This document shows, piece after piece, positions 1 to 11,954 of a DNA stretch of 64,000 nt; position 1 is the stretch's first letter, and every line of letters starts with the position of its first letter. A program made the translations under genes and the position numbers. A model generated the notes under the pieces. The model saw only the letters and a program-made list of their open reading frames with translations, made no database searches and had not been told where the DNA came from. The stretch lies in the NCBI GenBank assembly GCA_002396805.1, contig DGYW01000058.1:45591-109590 (forward strand), in the 5' to 3' direction. Origin of the DNA: Firmicutes bacterium UBA4996. Lineage in GTDB: Bacteria > Bacillota > Limnochordia > Darwinibacteriales > Darwinibacteriaceae.

Positions 1-1842
1 CGCGGCCATGGCGGCTTCGGTCCTAGGGGTATTGGTCGCCCTGTAGAAAAGGCTAAGGATTTTAAGGGAAGTCTCAGACGTCTCCTTGGTTATATGCGCC
101 CGCATCAGCTTAGCCTGGTGTTTGTCTTGATTCTGACTATTCTCAGCACAGTTTTCAACATTTTCAGTCCCAAGATCATGGGGCAAGCTACTACTGTGTT
201 GTTTGAAGGCATGTTGGCAAAGATGAGGGGGGTTCCCGGTGCTAGCATAGACTTTGAAGCAGTAGGCAGGATTCTGATGCTTTTGGCCGGTCTCTATGTT
301 ATTAGTGCAATCTTCAGCTATTTACAGCAATTGTTGATGGTTAATGTATCTCAGAAAACTGTTTATACAATGCGGGAAGACATTAGTAGCAAATTATCTA
401 AATTACCTTTGAAGTATTATGATGCTACCACCCATGGAGAGATTTTGAGTAGGGTTACCAACGATGTTGATACGGTGAGCCAAAGTCTGCAACAGAGTGT
501 CACCCAGGTGATCACCTCGCTGATTAGCATCATCGGAGTCTTAATCATGATGCTGACTATCAGTCCCGTCATGACCCTGATTACTCTGGGCATGTTACCT
601 GTCAGCGCCTTTATCAGTATCTTTATTGCGCGCCGTTCGCAAAAGTACTTTATTCGTCAGCAAAAGATCCTTGGTGAGCTTAACGGTCATGTGGAGGAGA
701 TCTTGACCGGACACACCATCGTCAAAGCCTATGGCCTAGAAGAGGATGCAGTCGCTCAATTCGTGAGAGTCAACGATCAACTCTATGACACGGGTTGGAA
801 GGCCCAATTCGTGTCTGGCACCATCATGCCCCTTATCAATTTTGTGGGCAATATTGGCTATGTGGCTATCGCAGTTGTTGGTGGGATTTTCACATCTAGG
901 GGGATGATCACCATTGGTGACATTCAAGCCTTTATCCAATACTCGCGACAATTTACTATGCCCATTACCCAGATGGCTAGTATTGCGAATGTCTTGCAGT
1001 CTACCGTGGCAGCAGCAGAGCGGGTTTTTGAGTTGCTAGACGAAGAGGAAGAGCCAGAAGATGATCATCAAGCAGTAGTCTTAACTAACCCTCGTGGCGA
1101 AATTCAGATGCAAGATGTGAGCTTTGGATACGACCCGGCCAAACCAGTGATTAAGAATCTTAACCTTCAAGTTCAACCAGGCCAGCTCGTAGCCATAGTG
1201 GGCCCTACTGGAGCAGGGAAAACCACTTTGGTTAATTTGTTAATGCGTTTTTATGATGTGGGCGAGGGAAGTATCACCTTTGATGGTCACAATATCATGA
1301 ATCTCAATCGCGGTAATTTGCGTACTATGTTTGGTATGGTCCTCCAGGACACTTGGCTTTTTGAGGGGACGATTAAGGAGAACATCGCCTATGGTAGGCA
1401 GGGGGCGAGTGAGGAAGAAATAATCTCCGCAGCCAAAGCAGCCCATGCAGATCACTTTATTCGAACTCTTCCTGAGGGATATGATACAATCTTAGGAGAG
1501 GATGCTTCTAGTATTTCTCAAGGTCAAAGACAACTATTGACTATCGCTAGGGCTATTTTGGCGGATCCAGCGGTACTAATTCTTGATGAGGCCACAAGTT
1601 CAGTAGACACTAGGACTGAGAGGTTAATTCAAGAGGCTATGGCAAAGCTCATGGAAGGTCGGACTAGTTTTGTCATCGCCCATCGTCTCTCTACTATACT
1701 AGATGCGGATCGGATTTTAGTGATCAACCATGGCGAAATTGTGGAGCAAGGGACCCACGGTGAGTTATTAGCCCAGGGTGGGTTCTATGCAGAGCTGTAT
1801 AACAGTCAATTTGTGGCTGAACTGGCCCACGAGGTGGGCTGA
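1..1842 (+). CDS. ABC transporter, fused permease/ATP-binding subunit, multidrug-exporter type. The 5' end is truncated by the window: frame 1 stays open from base 1 (..GHGGFGPRGIGRPVEKAKDFKGSLRRLLGYMRP..).
   Basis: Six TM-like segments are followed by Walker A (GPTGAGKTT), the ABC signature (ISQGQRQLL) and Walker B (ILDEATS). The N-terminal tail is the kind seen in YheI/LmrC-family half transporters. Confidence 0.85.
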   Translation, partial: RGHGGFGPRGIGRPVEKAKDFKGSLRRLLGYMRPHQLSLVFVLILTILSTVFNIFSPKIMGQATTVLFEGMLAKMRGVPGASIDFEAVGRILMLLAGLYVISAIFSYLQQLLMVNVSQKTVYTMREDISSKLSKLPLKYYDATTHGEILSRVTNDVDTVSQSLQQSVTQVITSLISIIGVLIMMLTISPVMTLITLGMLPVSAFISIFIARRSQKYFIRQQKILGELNGHVEEILTGHTIVKAYGLEEDAVAQFVRVNDQLYDTGWKAQFVSGTIMPLINFVGNIGYVAIAVVGGIFTSRGMITIGDIQAFIQYSRQFTMPITQMASIANVLQSTVAAAERVFELLDEEEEPEDDHQAVVLTNPRGEIQMQDVSFGYDPAKPVIKNLNLQVQPGQLVAIVGPTGAGKTTLVNLLMRFYDVGEGSITFDGHNIMNLNRGNLRTMFGMVLQDTWLFEGTIKENIAYGRQGASEEEIISAAKAAHADHFIRTLPEGYDTILGEDASSISQGQRQLLTIARAILADPAVLILDEATSSVDTRTERLIQEAMAKLMEGRTSFVIAHRLSTILDADRILVINHGEIVEQGTHGELLAQGGFYAELYNSQFVAELAHEVG

Positions 1843-1852
1843 TTCGCTTTCA

Positions 1853-2587
1853 CTATAGGTTTTGAATGAACTCATCAATTCGTGTAACGATTTGTGCGTT
1901 GTAGGGGGGTACGACGGGAACGCTATGCGTACCTTCTTCTAACCACAGGCATTCCTTGCGTTTAGAGGATATCCTTTGGGCAATGATCTCTGCACTCTCA
2001 GGACGAACCGTAGTGTCGTCTTTAGTTTGGACAATTAGGATATCGGTAGTGATCTGGGGCAAGATTCCCCGTGTGTGGGCAGCTAGGCGTTGTAATTCGG
2101 CAACGGAAGCGACGGGAAAATAAGGATAATGCAGGAGATACTGCTGCTGTTCTGGAGGCCACTCCTTGCCTGGTAAAGAAGTATAGGTTTGGAAGTACTT
2201 GAATAGCCATGCCCAGTAGGCCTTGCGATTAGCCGGTTTGAGGGCTGCAGCAATGGTGACTACGCCGTCTATTTTATTTCTGGCCGCCATTTGCAGGGCT
2301 AAGAGGCCACCCATGGAGTGACCAATGACAATAATTTTTTTGCAACTTTTCTTAAGTTGGTTAATGCCTTGCTGGGCAGATTCAATCCAATCTTCGTAGG
2401 TAACCGGAAGCAAATCCTCTGGTTGCGTGCCGTGTCCTGCCAATAAAATTCCGTTAGTGGTATATCCAACCCGTGCTAGACCTTCGCCGATAAGACGCAG
2501 TTCTGCGGGGGTGCTTGTGAAACCATGAATGAGCAGACAACCGATTTGGGATCCGGCTTTAAAATAGGGAAGTTTGAGTGCAGTCAT
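1853..2587 (-). CDS. alpha/beta hydrolase, carboxylesterase or monoacylglycerol-lipase-like
   Basis: Nucleophile elbow GHSMGG in a 244-aa alpha/beta-hydrolase-like sequence. Confidence 0.7.
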   Translation of the reverse strand: MTALKLPYFKAGSQIGCLLIHGFTSTPAELRLIGEGLARVGYTTNGILLAGHGTQPEDLLPVTYEDWIESAQQGINQLKKSCKKIIVIGHSMGGLLALQMAARNKIDGVVTIAAALKPANRKAYWAWLFKYFQTYTSLPGKEWPPEQQQYLLHYPYFPVASVAELQRLAAHTRGILPQITTDILIVQTKDDTTVRPESAEIIAQRISSKRKECLWLEEGTHSVPVVPPYNAQIVTRIDEFIQNL

Positions 2588-2641
2588 GTCCTCGCCCCTT
2601 CTTTGTTATAACGTAATTTTAACACAGAAGACACAGAATGA

Positions 2642-3748
<1,107 letters not shown>

Positions 3749-3760
3749 GAGGAAGCGAGG

Positions 3761-4042
3761 ATGCTTGTTGGTACTTTGTTAGTTCAGGTTTATATTCCTG
3801 GGGCTACTTCTTTAAAGGATAAGCGCAAAGTAGTGAAAAGTGTGATTCATCGAGTGCAAAATCGCTTCAATGTCTCCATAGTGGAGCTGGACTATGCTAA
3901 TTTGTGGCAGAGAACTACTATCGGAGTTGCCATGGCTGGGAATGATAAGGAGTACATCCAACGACAACTACAGCTGGTCTTGAATTTTCTTGATTCAGAA
4001 CCCCGTTGGGAAGTCGTAGAGGTAGAACTTGGCGTGTCTTAA
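3761..4042 (+). CDS. DUF503-family small protein
   Basis: A 93-aa ORF with an RBS (GGAGGAAG) that resembles the conserved DUF503/YlxP-like family. Confidence 0.5.
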   Translation: MLVGTLLVQVYIPGATSLKDKRKVVKSVIHRVQNRFNVSIVELDYANLWQRTTIGVAMAGNDKEYIQRQLQLVLNFLDSEPRWEVVEVELGVS

Positions 4043-4105
4043 AAGGATTTGTTGGGTCAGTAGGGAATGAAGTAAAGGTTGTTAGTTTAGAAATGGGGGG
4101 AATAA

Positions 4106-4954
4106 ATGATTGAGAAAATTGCCATCATGACGGATAGTACTAGTGACATCCCTCAGGAGCTTGTAGAAGAATTGGGTATTCGGGTAGTTCCCTTAAGGAT
4201 CTTGTTTAGAGACGGTGAATATAAGGATCAGGTGGAAATTTCCGCCGAGGAAGTGTACGCGCGTTTACCCCATGAGGTACCTAGTACATCGTTACCGTCG
4301 CCTGCAGATGTATTGGCTATATTTGAGAAACTGAGAGAAGATGGTTTCACTCATGTTGTGGCCATTCACATTTCTTCGGGCTTGAGTGGTACCGCCCAGA
4401 TGATTGAGAATCTTTCCCATCAGGTTAACGGTATAAGAATCAAAGTCATAGATTCCAAGAACATCTCTATGGGTTTAGGATATATCGTTATCGAAGCGGC
4501 ACGCAAGGTTCAAGCGAAAGCTAGCTTTGATGAGGTTTGTGCCCATGTGCAGCAGTCGTTGAAGAAGATGAATGTCTATTTCGTCTTAGAAACACTGGAG
4601 TATTTGACAAAGGGGGGACGAATAGGTAAAGTTGCAGGCACCTTAGGTCAGATTCTGAATCTAAAGCCCATTATTACTGTTAATGAGGATGGAGTGTATA
4701 CCACGCATGCAAAAGTGAGGGGGCGCAAACAATCCATTGACAGACTTTTTGAAACAGTAAAGATGCACTTAGCGAAACCCATGAATAATGTGGCTGTGTG
4801 CCATGGAGCTGCCAAAGAAGAAGCTCAAGAATTAGTTGAACGCATTAAGAGTCTTGGCAATGTAGGAGAATTGATTATAGGACATGTTAGTCCGGTGATT
4901 GGTGTGCATACTGGACCTGGAACATTGGGACTAGTTGTGTACCAAACGGATTGA
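4106..4954 (+). CDS. DegV family fatty-acid-binding protein
   Basis: The length and motifs (MTDSTSD N-terminus, GTxG) match the DegV family. Confidence 0.8.
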   Translation: MIEKIAIMTDSTSDIPQELVEELGIRVVPLRILFRDGEYKDQVEISAEEVYARLPHEVPSTSLPSPADVLAIFEKLREDGFTHVVAIHISSGLSGTAQMIENLSHQVNGIRIKVIDSKNISMGLGYIVIEAARKVQAKASFDEVCAHVQQSLKKMNVYFVLETLEYLTKGGRIGKVAGTLGQILNLKPIITVNEDGVYTTHAKVRGRKQSIDRLFETVKMHLAKPMNNVAVCHGAAKEEAQELVERIKSLGNVGELIIGHVSPVIGVHTGPGTLGLVVYQTD

Positions 4955-4978
4955 TGTAATTATCAAGGAGGTACGGAC

Positions 4979-6565
4979 ATGACTGAGAAAAATTTGTCAA
5001 CGAGACTGAATGAGGTTTTGGGTCGAAATACTACCCTTCACAATCTCTCAGCAGCCCAGCTAGTAGAAGCGGCCATCTGTAACGGTGAAGGTAAGCTGTC
5101 ATCACAGGGAGCTTTTTCAACAGCTACCGGTAAATACACCGGTCGCTCACCTAACGACAAGTTCATCGTTAAAGACAAGGTTACTCGCGATACTGTGGAC
5201 TGGGGCCCGGTTAACGTACCGTTTGACGAAGATGGCTTTTGGAAAATGTATGCTATGGTAATGGACTTTCTAGAGCAACAAGATCAGCTCTACGTCTTCG
5301 ATGGTTACGTAGGAGCTGATCCAGAGCACCAAATGCCCTTACGAGTTATTAATCAATATGCGTGGCAAAATCTTTTTGCTCGGCAATTATTCATTCGTCC
5401 TAAACGTGAACAGTTAGCGACTCATAAACCGGAGTTTACCGTGATTGCAGTTCCCGGTCTCAAGGCTGTGCCTGAGCGTGACGGAACAAACTCGGAGGCC
5501 TTCGTCATTGTTTCCTTTGAAGAACGTGTAGTTTTGATTGGGGGCACTGCTTACGCTGGCGAGATCAAGAAATCCATCTTTTCTATCATGAATTATCTCT
5601 TGCCACCCCAAGGTGTTTTACCCATGCACTGTTCAGCGAATGTTGGGCAAGATGGTAAGACAGCCTTGTTTTTCGGCCTTTCGGGTACAGGCAAAACCAC
5701 ATTGTCTGCAGATCCCCAGCGTCAGCTTGTAGGTGACGATGAGCATGGTTGGTCTGAGCGGGGTGTCTTCAACCTCGAAGGTGGTTGCTATGCTAAATGT
5801 ATTAACCTATCGCAAGAACATGAACCTCAGATCTGGGAGGCGATTCGTTTTGGATCTGTCCTAGAAAATGTGGTTCTAGAGTCTCAAGATCGTATCGCAG
5901 ATTACGATGATAATTCGCTTACTGAAAATACTAGGGTGGCTTATCCCTTAGATTATATCCCTGGACGGGTAGACCCAAGTATGGCCGGTCATCCCAAAGC
6001 TGTAGTCTTTTTAACGGCTGATGCTTTTGGAGTTCTACCGCCCATTAGTATTTTGGAAGACGAGCAGATCATGTATCACTTTATTTCTGGCTACACCAGT
6101 AAATTGGCGGGTACCGAGCGTGGTATCCAGCAGCCAGAAGCAACGTTTTCTGCTTGCTTTGGAGAACCATTCTTACCATTGAGTCCTCTGGCCTATGCCG
6201 AAATGCTTAAGGATCGAGTGAACCAGTATGGTTCTAAAGTATATTTGATCAACACTGGTTGGTCAGGAGGTCCCCATGGCGTTGGTGAGCGGATTTCATT
6301 GAAGTATACAAGGCAAATGGTAACCATGGCCTTATCAGGCGGACTAGATGATGTGGAGACTCGCATTGATCCCGTTTTCGGCTTTAAAGTCCCCGTAAGT
6401 TGTCCTGGTGTTCCTGCCGAGATTTTGAACCCAAAGCTGACTTGGTCAGATCCGGTTGCATATGATCAGAAGGCAGCTGAACTAGCTAAGGCCTTCCAAG
6501 ATAATTTCAAAAAGAAATATGCTGACTTAGCGCCAGAAGTTCGTAAGGCTGGACCGGTGATCTAG
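4979..6565 (+). CDS. pckA: phosphoenolpyruvate carboxykinase (ATP)
   Basis: Kinase-1a P-loop [12 protein letters not shown] in a 528-aa protein with a typical PckA N-terminus. Confidence 0.9.
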   Translation: MTEKNLSTRLNEVLGRNTTLHNLSAAQLVEAAICNGEGKLSSQGAFSTATGKYTGRSPNDKFIVKDKVTRDTVDWGPVNVPFDEDGFWKMYAMVMDFLEQQDQLYVFDGYVGADPEHQMPLRVINQYAWQNLFARQLFIRPKREQLATHKPEFTVIAVPGLKAVPERDGTNSEAFVIVSFEERVVLIGGTAYAGEIKKSIFSIMNYLLPPQGVLPMHCSANVGQDGKTALFFGLSGTGKTTLSADPQRQLVGDDEHGWSERGVFNLEGGCYAKCINLSQEHEPQIWEAIRFGSVLENVVLESQDRIADYDDNSLTENTRVAYPLDYIPGRVDPSMAGHPKAVVFLTADAFGVLPPISILEDEQIMYHFISGYTSKLAGTERGIQQPEATFSACFGEPFLPLSPLAYAEMLKDRVNQYGSKVYLINTGWSGGPHGVGERISLKYTRQMVTMALSGGLDDVETRIDPVFGFKVPVSCPGVPAEILNPKLTWSDPVAYDQKAAELAKAFQDNFKKKYADLAPEVRKAGPVI

Positions 6566-6580
6566 GCACTGGTAATCTGA

Positions 6581-6619
6581 GGTGCGGAGTAGCTCCCCGG
6601 AGTTATTCTGCACCTTTTT
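6581..6619 (+). terminator. possible rho-independent terminator after pckA
   Basis: GGTGC...GCACC stem enclosing an inner GGAG/CTCC hairpin, followed by TTTTT. The structure is imperfect. Confidence 0.35.
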
Positions 6620-6651
6620 CACAAGAACCTTAACCAGGGAAGGGGTAAGCC

Positions 6652-7611
6652 ATGATCAAGGTAGACTCGTTAGTGAAGACATACCCTGCTAGCAAGGGTA
6701 ATCCACCAGTTAAGGCAGTTGATGGAGTTAGCTTCGAGATCGCAAAGGGGGAGCTAGTTGGTCTTTTAGGTCCCAATGGCGCTGGTAAAACCTCTACAGT
6801 TAAAATGCTGTGTGGTTTAGTCAGGCCCGATGCTGGACGCATATATCTTAATGGTCAGGATCTACTGGCAAAGCGTAGTATGGCTCTAGCCGGTGTTAGT
6901 GCCGTTTTAGAAGGGAATCGCAATATCTATTGGCGTTTGACCACGAGGGAGAACCTAGAATTCTTCACGGCATTGAATGGTCAAGACCCCAAAACTCTAG
7001 TCTCCCAAATTGATCACTATTTGCAGTTCTTTAATCTTAGTGGCAAGGCTAACGTGGAGGCGAGACAACTATCCCGAGGTATGCAGCAGAAGCTAGCCAT
7101 CGCAGTGGCCCTCATCTCTGGTAGTCAAGTGGTTTTGTTGGATGAACCTACATTAGGCCTCGATGTACAGGCCTCTTACGAGATCCGTCAACTCTTGAAG
7201 ACCGTTGTGACCGAAGAAGGGCGGACCATAGTCCTTACTACTCACGACATGAATGTGGTGCAAGATACCTGCGAGCGTGTGGTCATCATTAACGAGGGTC
7301 GCATCATTGCAGACGAGCTAGTCAAAAACTTGCTGGACTTATTTCGGGTCAGGGTTTACCGCATCGTGATTCAAGGAGCATTGACTGACGAACAACGAAG
7401 CGCCTTAGCTAATATCCCAGCCGTCATTATCGAATCAGAATCGCCTGAGCAAACCAGTCTCAGTGTGCGCTTAGAAGATTCGAGCGTTCTTTATGAAGTA
7501 ATTGGTGTCTTGGGTTCGGGTAATTCGTTGATCGAGTCTATCGACCAGGAGCAAAATAATTTCGAGCGAATCTTTTTAGAACTAGTGGAAGGAGGAGGTC
7601 ACAGTGCGTGA
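6652..7611 (+). CDS. ABC transporter ATP-binding protein
   Basis: Walker A GPNGAGKTS, signature LSRGMQQKL and Walker B LLDEPT. It is coupled to the downstream permease. Confidence 0.85.
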   Translation: MIKVDSLVKTYPASKGNPPVKAVDGVSFEIAKGELVGLLGPNGAGKTSTVKMLCGLVRPDAGRIYLNGQDLLAKRSMALAGVSAVLEGNRNIYWRLTTRENLEFFTALNGQDPKTLVSQIDHYLQFFNLSGKANVEARQLSRGMQQKLAIAVALISGSQVVLLDEPTLGLDVQASYEIRQLLKTVVTEEGRTIVLTTHDMNVVQDTCERVVIINEGRIIADELVKNLLDLFRVRVYRIVIQGALTDEQRSALANIPAVIIESESPEQTSLSVRLEDSSVLYEVIGVLGSGNSLIESIDQEQNNFERIFLELVEGGGHSA

Positions 7612-8383
7612 AAAGCTTCTGCTCCTTCGAGCCTTCTTCAAAATGGAGTTTATTACCTTTCGGCGCTATTGGATGAATAGTCTGGGTGGTATGCTCACCT
7701 TGTACGTTATTTTTTTGGTCCTGTTTGGTGGCTATCAAGGCCTACGGAGTCTTGGAGGTGTCGAAGGTGATCCGGCCGAAGTTATTGTCGTAGGTTATGT
7801 CCTTTGGTTCTTCATGCTCTCTACTTATCAGGATGTATGGTATACCATACGCACAGAAGCTCAGCAGGGCACATTGGAACAACTGTATATGTCTATTCAT
7901 CCCTTCGGTTGGATAATGGGGGCTAAAGTTGTAGCTCGCTTCTTTATCAATTTACTTCTTGTAGCGATTTTGCTGGGGGCTGCTCTTTTTACTACTGGTG
8001 TTACCCTTAATCTTGATTTGCTATCCCTAATGCCAGTTTTAATCGGTACCCTTTTGAGTAGTCTGGGTATAGGATTTCTAATTGGTGGAATTACCCTAAT
8101 GTTTAAGCGGATCGATAGTTACACCCAAATGGTGCAATTTATCCTCATTGCCTTAGTGGCCCTACCTGCGGATCGAGTGTTGTGGATGCGGCTATTGCCT
8201 GGTAGCTATGGGGCAACCTTAATTAGAAACATTTTGGTTGATGGTGCCACCCTGTGGGGACTGGGAGTGGGTAATTTGGCCATGTTATTTGCTATTGGCC
8301 TCTTACATCTGGCAGTGGGTTATGGGGTGTACACCCTCTGTGAGAAAAAGGCTATGTTCCTCGGAATGCTAGGGCATTATTGA
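7604..8383 (+). CDS. ABC-2 type transporter permease
   Basis: Six hydrophobic TM segments. It overlaps the stop of the upstream ATPase gene. Confidence 0.75.
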   Translation: MREKLLLLRAFFKMEFITFRRYWMNSLGGMLTLYVIFLVLFGGYQGLRSLGGVEGDPAEVIVVGYVLWFFMLSTYQDVWYTIRTEAQQGTLEQLYMSIHPFGWIMGAKVVARFFINLLLVAILLGAALFTTGVTLNLDLLSLMPVLIGTLLSSLGIGFLIGGITLMFKRIDSYTQMVQFILIALVALPADRVLWMRLLPGSYGATLIRNILVDGATLWGLGVGNLAMLFAIGLLHLAVGYGVYTLCEKKAMFLGMLGHY

Positions 8384-8844
8384 TTGAGGTGAACGCATTG
8401 TTTAAGGTCATTGTGGATGCAGATGCTTGTCCGAAGACCTGTTTGCGGGTACTACAAAAACATCAACGGCTCAACAACTATCGGTTGCTCACCGTTGCTT
8501 CAGTAGATCATCGTATCCAAAATTCTGATCACATTATGGTAGGCAAAGGGGCAGATGCGGCAGATCTAGCAGTGATGAACAATACCTCTGCCGGTGATAT
8601 TGTAGTCACCCAGGATTGGGGTTTGGCCGCTCTAGTTCTAGGTAAAGGAGCCTTGGCTCTCTCGCCTTCGGGTCGGATTTATTCAGAACAGAACATGGAC
8701 TTTTTGCTTGAAGAGAGATTCCTAAAGGCTAAGCATCGTAGGGCAGGTGGTCGTACAAGGGGTCCATCTGCCCGCACTAACCAAGACGATCAAAGGTTTG
8801 AGCACAGCTTTTTGGAGCTGTTAAAACAAGCAAGTACTCAGTAG
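8380..8844 (+). CDS. YaiI/YqxD family protein (UPF0178, DUF188)
   Basis: N-terminal motif KVIVDADACP is typical of UPF0178. Confidence 0.6.
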   Translation: MIEVNALFKVIVDADACPKTCLRVLQKHQRLNNYRLLTVASVDHRIQNSDHIMVGKGADAADLAVMNNTSAGDIVVTQDWGLAALVLGKGALALSPSGRIYSEQNMDFLLEERFLKAKHRRAGGRTRGPSARTNQDDQRFEHSFLELLKQASTQ

Positions 8845-8856
8845 GAGTTAGATAGC

Positions 8857-10329
8857 ATGAGAATGGATACCTTTTCCTTAGTCATTTTTGGGGCCACGGG
8901 AGATTTAACGCAACGCAAATTATTCCCAGCCCTCTATAACTTGTGTCGTGAAAATTTGCTACCAGAGCACTTTTCTGTTGTGGCCATCGGTCGCAGGGAA
9001 AAAACTCAGGAGCAATTGTACCAGGACATTACAAGCGCGGTTAAACAGTTTTCTCGCGAGAATCATATCAATCAGGATCAATTTGAACAATTTCTTGAAC
9101 GGTTCAGCTACTATCAGCTGGAATTCAATAATTCTCCTGGTTACGCGGAGCTTAAGAGCTATTTAGAGAAACAGGATCGCCGGTGGCACACCCAGGGGAA
9201 TCGGATCTTCTTCTTGGCCGTGGCACCAGAGTATTTTTCGGTCATCACAGATGAACTGCATAAGCACGGAATGGCCACAAATGAGCGGAGCTGGCAACGG
9301 TTAGTGGTAGAAAAGCCTTTCGGTCAAAACCTACATTCCGCCACTACCTTAAATAGTGATGTGCGCAAGACTTTTGCAGAGGAAAACATCTACCGCATTG
9401 ACCATTACCTAGGTAAAGAAATGGCCCAAAACATTATGGTAGTTCGTTTTGCCAACACTCTTTTTGAGCCACTTTGGAATAATCGCTATATCGACCATGT
9501 ACAAATTAGTCTGGCAGAAACAATAGGTGTGGAAGGGCGCGGACCCTACTATGAGCAAGCCGGAGCCTTACGGGATATGGTTCAGAATCACGCCTTACAG
9601 CTTCTCACTTTGATTGCCATGGAACCACCCGTATCTTTGGATACCGAATCTGTACGCGACGAGAAAGTTAAAGTACTACGCTCTTTGAAAATTCGCAAGG
9701 AAGATGTAGTTCGAGGTCAATATGGTTCAGATCATGCAGGCCAACTTCGGGCCTATCGACAAGAAGAACGGGTGTCGCCTAAGTCGCAAACAGAGACCTT
9801 TGTGGCCTTAAAGACCACCATTGATAACTTTCGCTGGGCTGGAGTGCCCTTCTATTTGCGTACCGGCAAACGTCTACCACAGAAATATGCAGAAATAGTC
9901 ATTAGTTTCAAGCGTCTTCCAGGTGTGTTATACTTTGAACAGGAGGACCTAGGGCCCAACGTGTTGGTTATCCGCTTGCAGCCTGATGAAGGCATTTATT
10001 TGCAGTTTAATGCTAAGCGTCCTGGAACCCCAAGTCTTATTCAGCCCGTCTCCATGGACTTTTGTCAAAACTGTCATAACGGTTTTAATTCACCTGAGGC
10101 CTATGAGCGGTTGCTTTATGATGTGATGCGCGGTGATTCAACATTATTCACGCGCTGGGACGAAGTTGAGTACTCTTGGAGATTCGTGGATCAGATTGCT
10201 CAGTGGTGGGAAGAAGATGGGGGCGCCATTCCCGTTTACGCTAGTAACTCCTGGGGACCTCAAGCCAGTGCCGAACTTCTAAAAAAGGAAGGTCGAGATT
10301 GGCTCAGATTTATAGAAACGGAGGTTTAG
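8857..10329 (+). CDS. zwf: glucose-6-phosphate 1-dehydrogenase
   Basis: NADP-binding motif FGATGDL and the active-site region IDHYLGKE in a 490-aa protein. Confidence 0.9.
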   Translation: MRMDTFSLVIFGATGDLTQRKLFPALYNLCRENLLPEHFSVVAIGRREKTQEQLYQDITSAVKQFSRENHINQDQFEQFLERFSYYQLEFNNSPGYAELKSYLEKQDRRWHTQGNRIFFLAVAPEYFSVITDELHKHGMATNERSWQRLVVEKPFGQNLHSATTLNSDVRKTFAEENIYRIDHYLGKEMAQNIMVVRFANTLFEPLWNNRYIDHVQISLAETIGVEGRGPYYEQAGALRDMVQNHALQLLTLIAMEPPVSLDTESVRDEKVKVLRSLKIRKEDVVRGQYGSDHAGQLRAYRQEERVSPKSQTETFVALKTTIDNFRWAGVPFYLRTGKRLPQKYAEIVISFKRLPGVLYFEQEDLGPNVLVIRLQPDEGIYLQFNAKRPGTPSLIQPVSMDFCQNCHNGFNSPEAYERLLYDVMRGDSTLFTRWDEVEYSWRFVDQIAQWWEEDGGAIPVYASNSWGPQASAELLKKEGRDWLRFIETEV

Positions 10330-10332
10330 GTT

Positions 10333-10959
10333 ATGAAGATTTGGGATGTGTCTATGGCTGTTGAACCCACAATGCCTGTTTGGAAAGGTCGCGATACTAA
10401 GCGACCAGTATTCACCATTACCCGTGACTTTATTAATGGCGAAGGAGCCCGCGAGACCAATGTGGCTCTAGACATGCACACGGGGACCCACATTGATGCG
10501 CCTTTACATTTTGTCCATGAGGGTCAGACAATGGATGACATCCCCCTTTCGCAGCTGATCAGACCGGTTAAAGTTCTTGATTTCACCAAAGTTTCCAACG
10601 CCATTGAGGCAAAACATCTAGACAAAACCACGCTAAAGAAAGGAGACTTTGTTTTATTCAAGACACGCAATTCTCTAGAGGATATTCTAGAAGGAGAATT
10701 TGTCTTTATTACTGCTGAGGCTGCGCAGCGCTTGGTTGATCTTGGGGTTGATGGCGTTGGCCTTGATGCTTTAGGTGTTGAACGGGATCAACCAGATCAC
10801 GGTACCCATCACGCCCTTTTAGGTGCCGGGATTATCGTTATTGAAGGCCTGTGCTTGGGCCAAATTGAAGAGGGAGAGTACCTTATGATCGCTGCTCCCC
10901 TCAAAGTAGTAGGATTAGAGGCAGCTCCTACAAGGGTGCTTCTAACCGAACTAAAATAA
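10333..10959 (+). CDS. cyclase family protein (kynurenine formamidase-like)
   Basis: Metal-binding motif HTGTHIDAPLHF characteristic of the putative cyclase family. Confidence 0.7.
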   Translation: MKIWDVSMAVEPTMPVWKGRDTKRPVFTITRDFINGEGARETNVALDMHTGTHIDAPLHFVHEGQTMDDIPLSQLIRPVKVLDFTKVSNAIEAKHLDKTTLKKGDFVLFKTRNSLEDILEGEFVFITAEAAQRLVDLGVDGVGLDALGVERDQPDHGTHHALLGAGIIVIEGLCLGQIEEGEYLMIAAPLKVVGLEAAPTRVLLTELK

Positions 10960-10974
10960 GTAAGGAGGGTTTTT

Positions 10975-11928
10975 ATGCCTGAACACCATTTTGCCGTCCT
11001 GGTAGATGGTGAAAACATTTCACCCCGATTTTTAGGTCCAATTTTGGCCGAAATCAATCGTTCAGGTGAAATTATCTTAACTAGGATTTACGGGGATTGG
11101 ACAGAACCACACATGAGTGGATGGAAGGAGTTATTGCGTAGTTATCCAGTACGTCCCATTCAACAGTTCCGCTATGGACAGAACGCTACTGATGGTGCAT
11201 TAATTATGGACGCCATCGAAATTGTGTCTACAAACCGTAGTCCCATTAATGCCTTTTGTATTGTCTCTAGCGACAGTGACTATTATAGTTTGGCCCTGCG
11301 TTTACGAGAACATGGTATGTATGTAACGGGGATTGGTCGTCAAGGAACTAAGAGTCTCTTGGTCCGTTCTTGTAATCGCTTTATCTATTTGGAAAATCTA
11401 GCTTTTTCCGGCAGTAGTAATTCTCCCATAGTGGAAGAATCGTCACCGGGTGGTGTACCAGTAGAAGATATTGTGCTTAGTGCGTATGATGCTTGTGATG
11501 AGGATAATGACGGCTGGCTGTTGTTAGCTCATCTTGGACAAGCGATTCGTCGGGAATATCCAGACTTTGATCCCCGGAGCTATAATTACACTAATCTTTT
11601 GGATATTGTTCGTTCGTATCCTGACTTGTTTGAAGTAAGAAGTAATGAAAAAACTCCTCCAGTCTATTGGATGCGTCCCATTGTTAAAGCTGAGGATAAT
11701 AGCAGGAAGACTGGAGTTATTAAGCGTTTTATGACTAACTATGGCTTTATTCGCTCAGGTAACGGAGATTATTTCTTTACTAAAGCGAACTTGGCCGCAG
11801 AGCAGCGCGACACTCATTTAAAACCAGGAACACCTGTAGAGTTCGTGGAGATTAAGGCCCCAGATCCTCAAGGTGAAAGCTCCGCGGAACGAAATGGCAG
11901 GGCTCGAAACGTAGTGATCGCAGGCTAG
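10975..11928 (+). CDS. NYN (LabA-like) nuclease domain protein with OST-HTH/LOTUS and a C-terminal cold-shock-like domain
   Basis: N-terminal NYN pattern (VLVDGENI, SSDSDY) and a C-terminal CSD-like segment GVIKRFMTNYGFIR...GTPVEFVEI. Confidence 0.6.
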   Translation: MPEHHFAVLVDGENISPRFLGPILAEINRSGEIILTRIYGDWTEPHMSGWKELLRSYPVRPIQQFRYGQNATDGALIMDAIEIVSTNRSPINAFCIVSSDSDYYSLALRLREHGMYVTGIGRQGTKSLLVRSCNRFIYLENLAFSGSSNSPIVEESSPGGVPVEDIVLSAYDACDEDNDGWLLLAHLGQAIRREYPDFDPRSYNYTNLLDIVRSYPDLFEVRSNEKTPPVYWMRPIVKAEDNSRKTGVIKRFMTNYGFIRSGNGDYFFTKANLAAEQRDTHLKPGTPVEFVEIKAPDPQGESSAERNGRARNVVIAG

Positions 11929-11954
11929 TTAGTCCAGAAATGGGGTAGTCAAAA

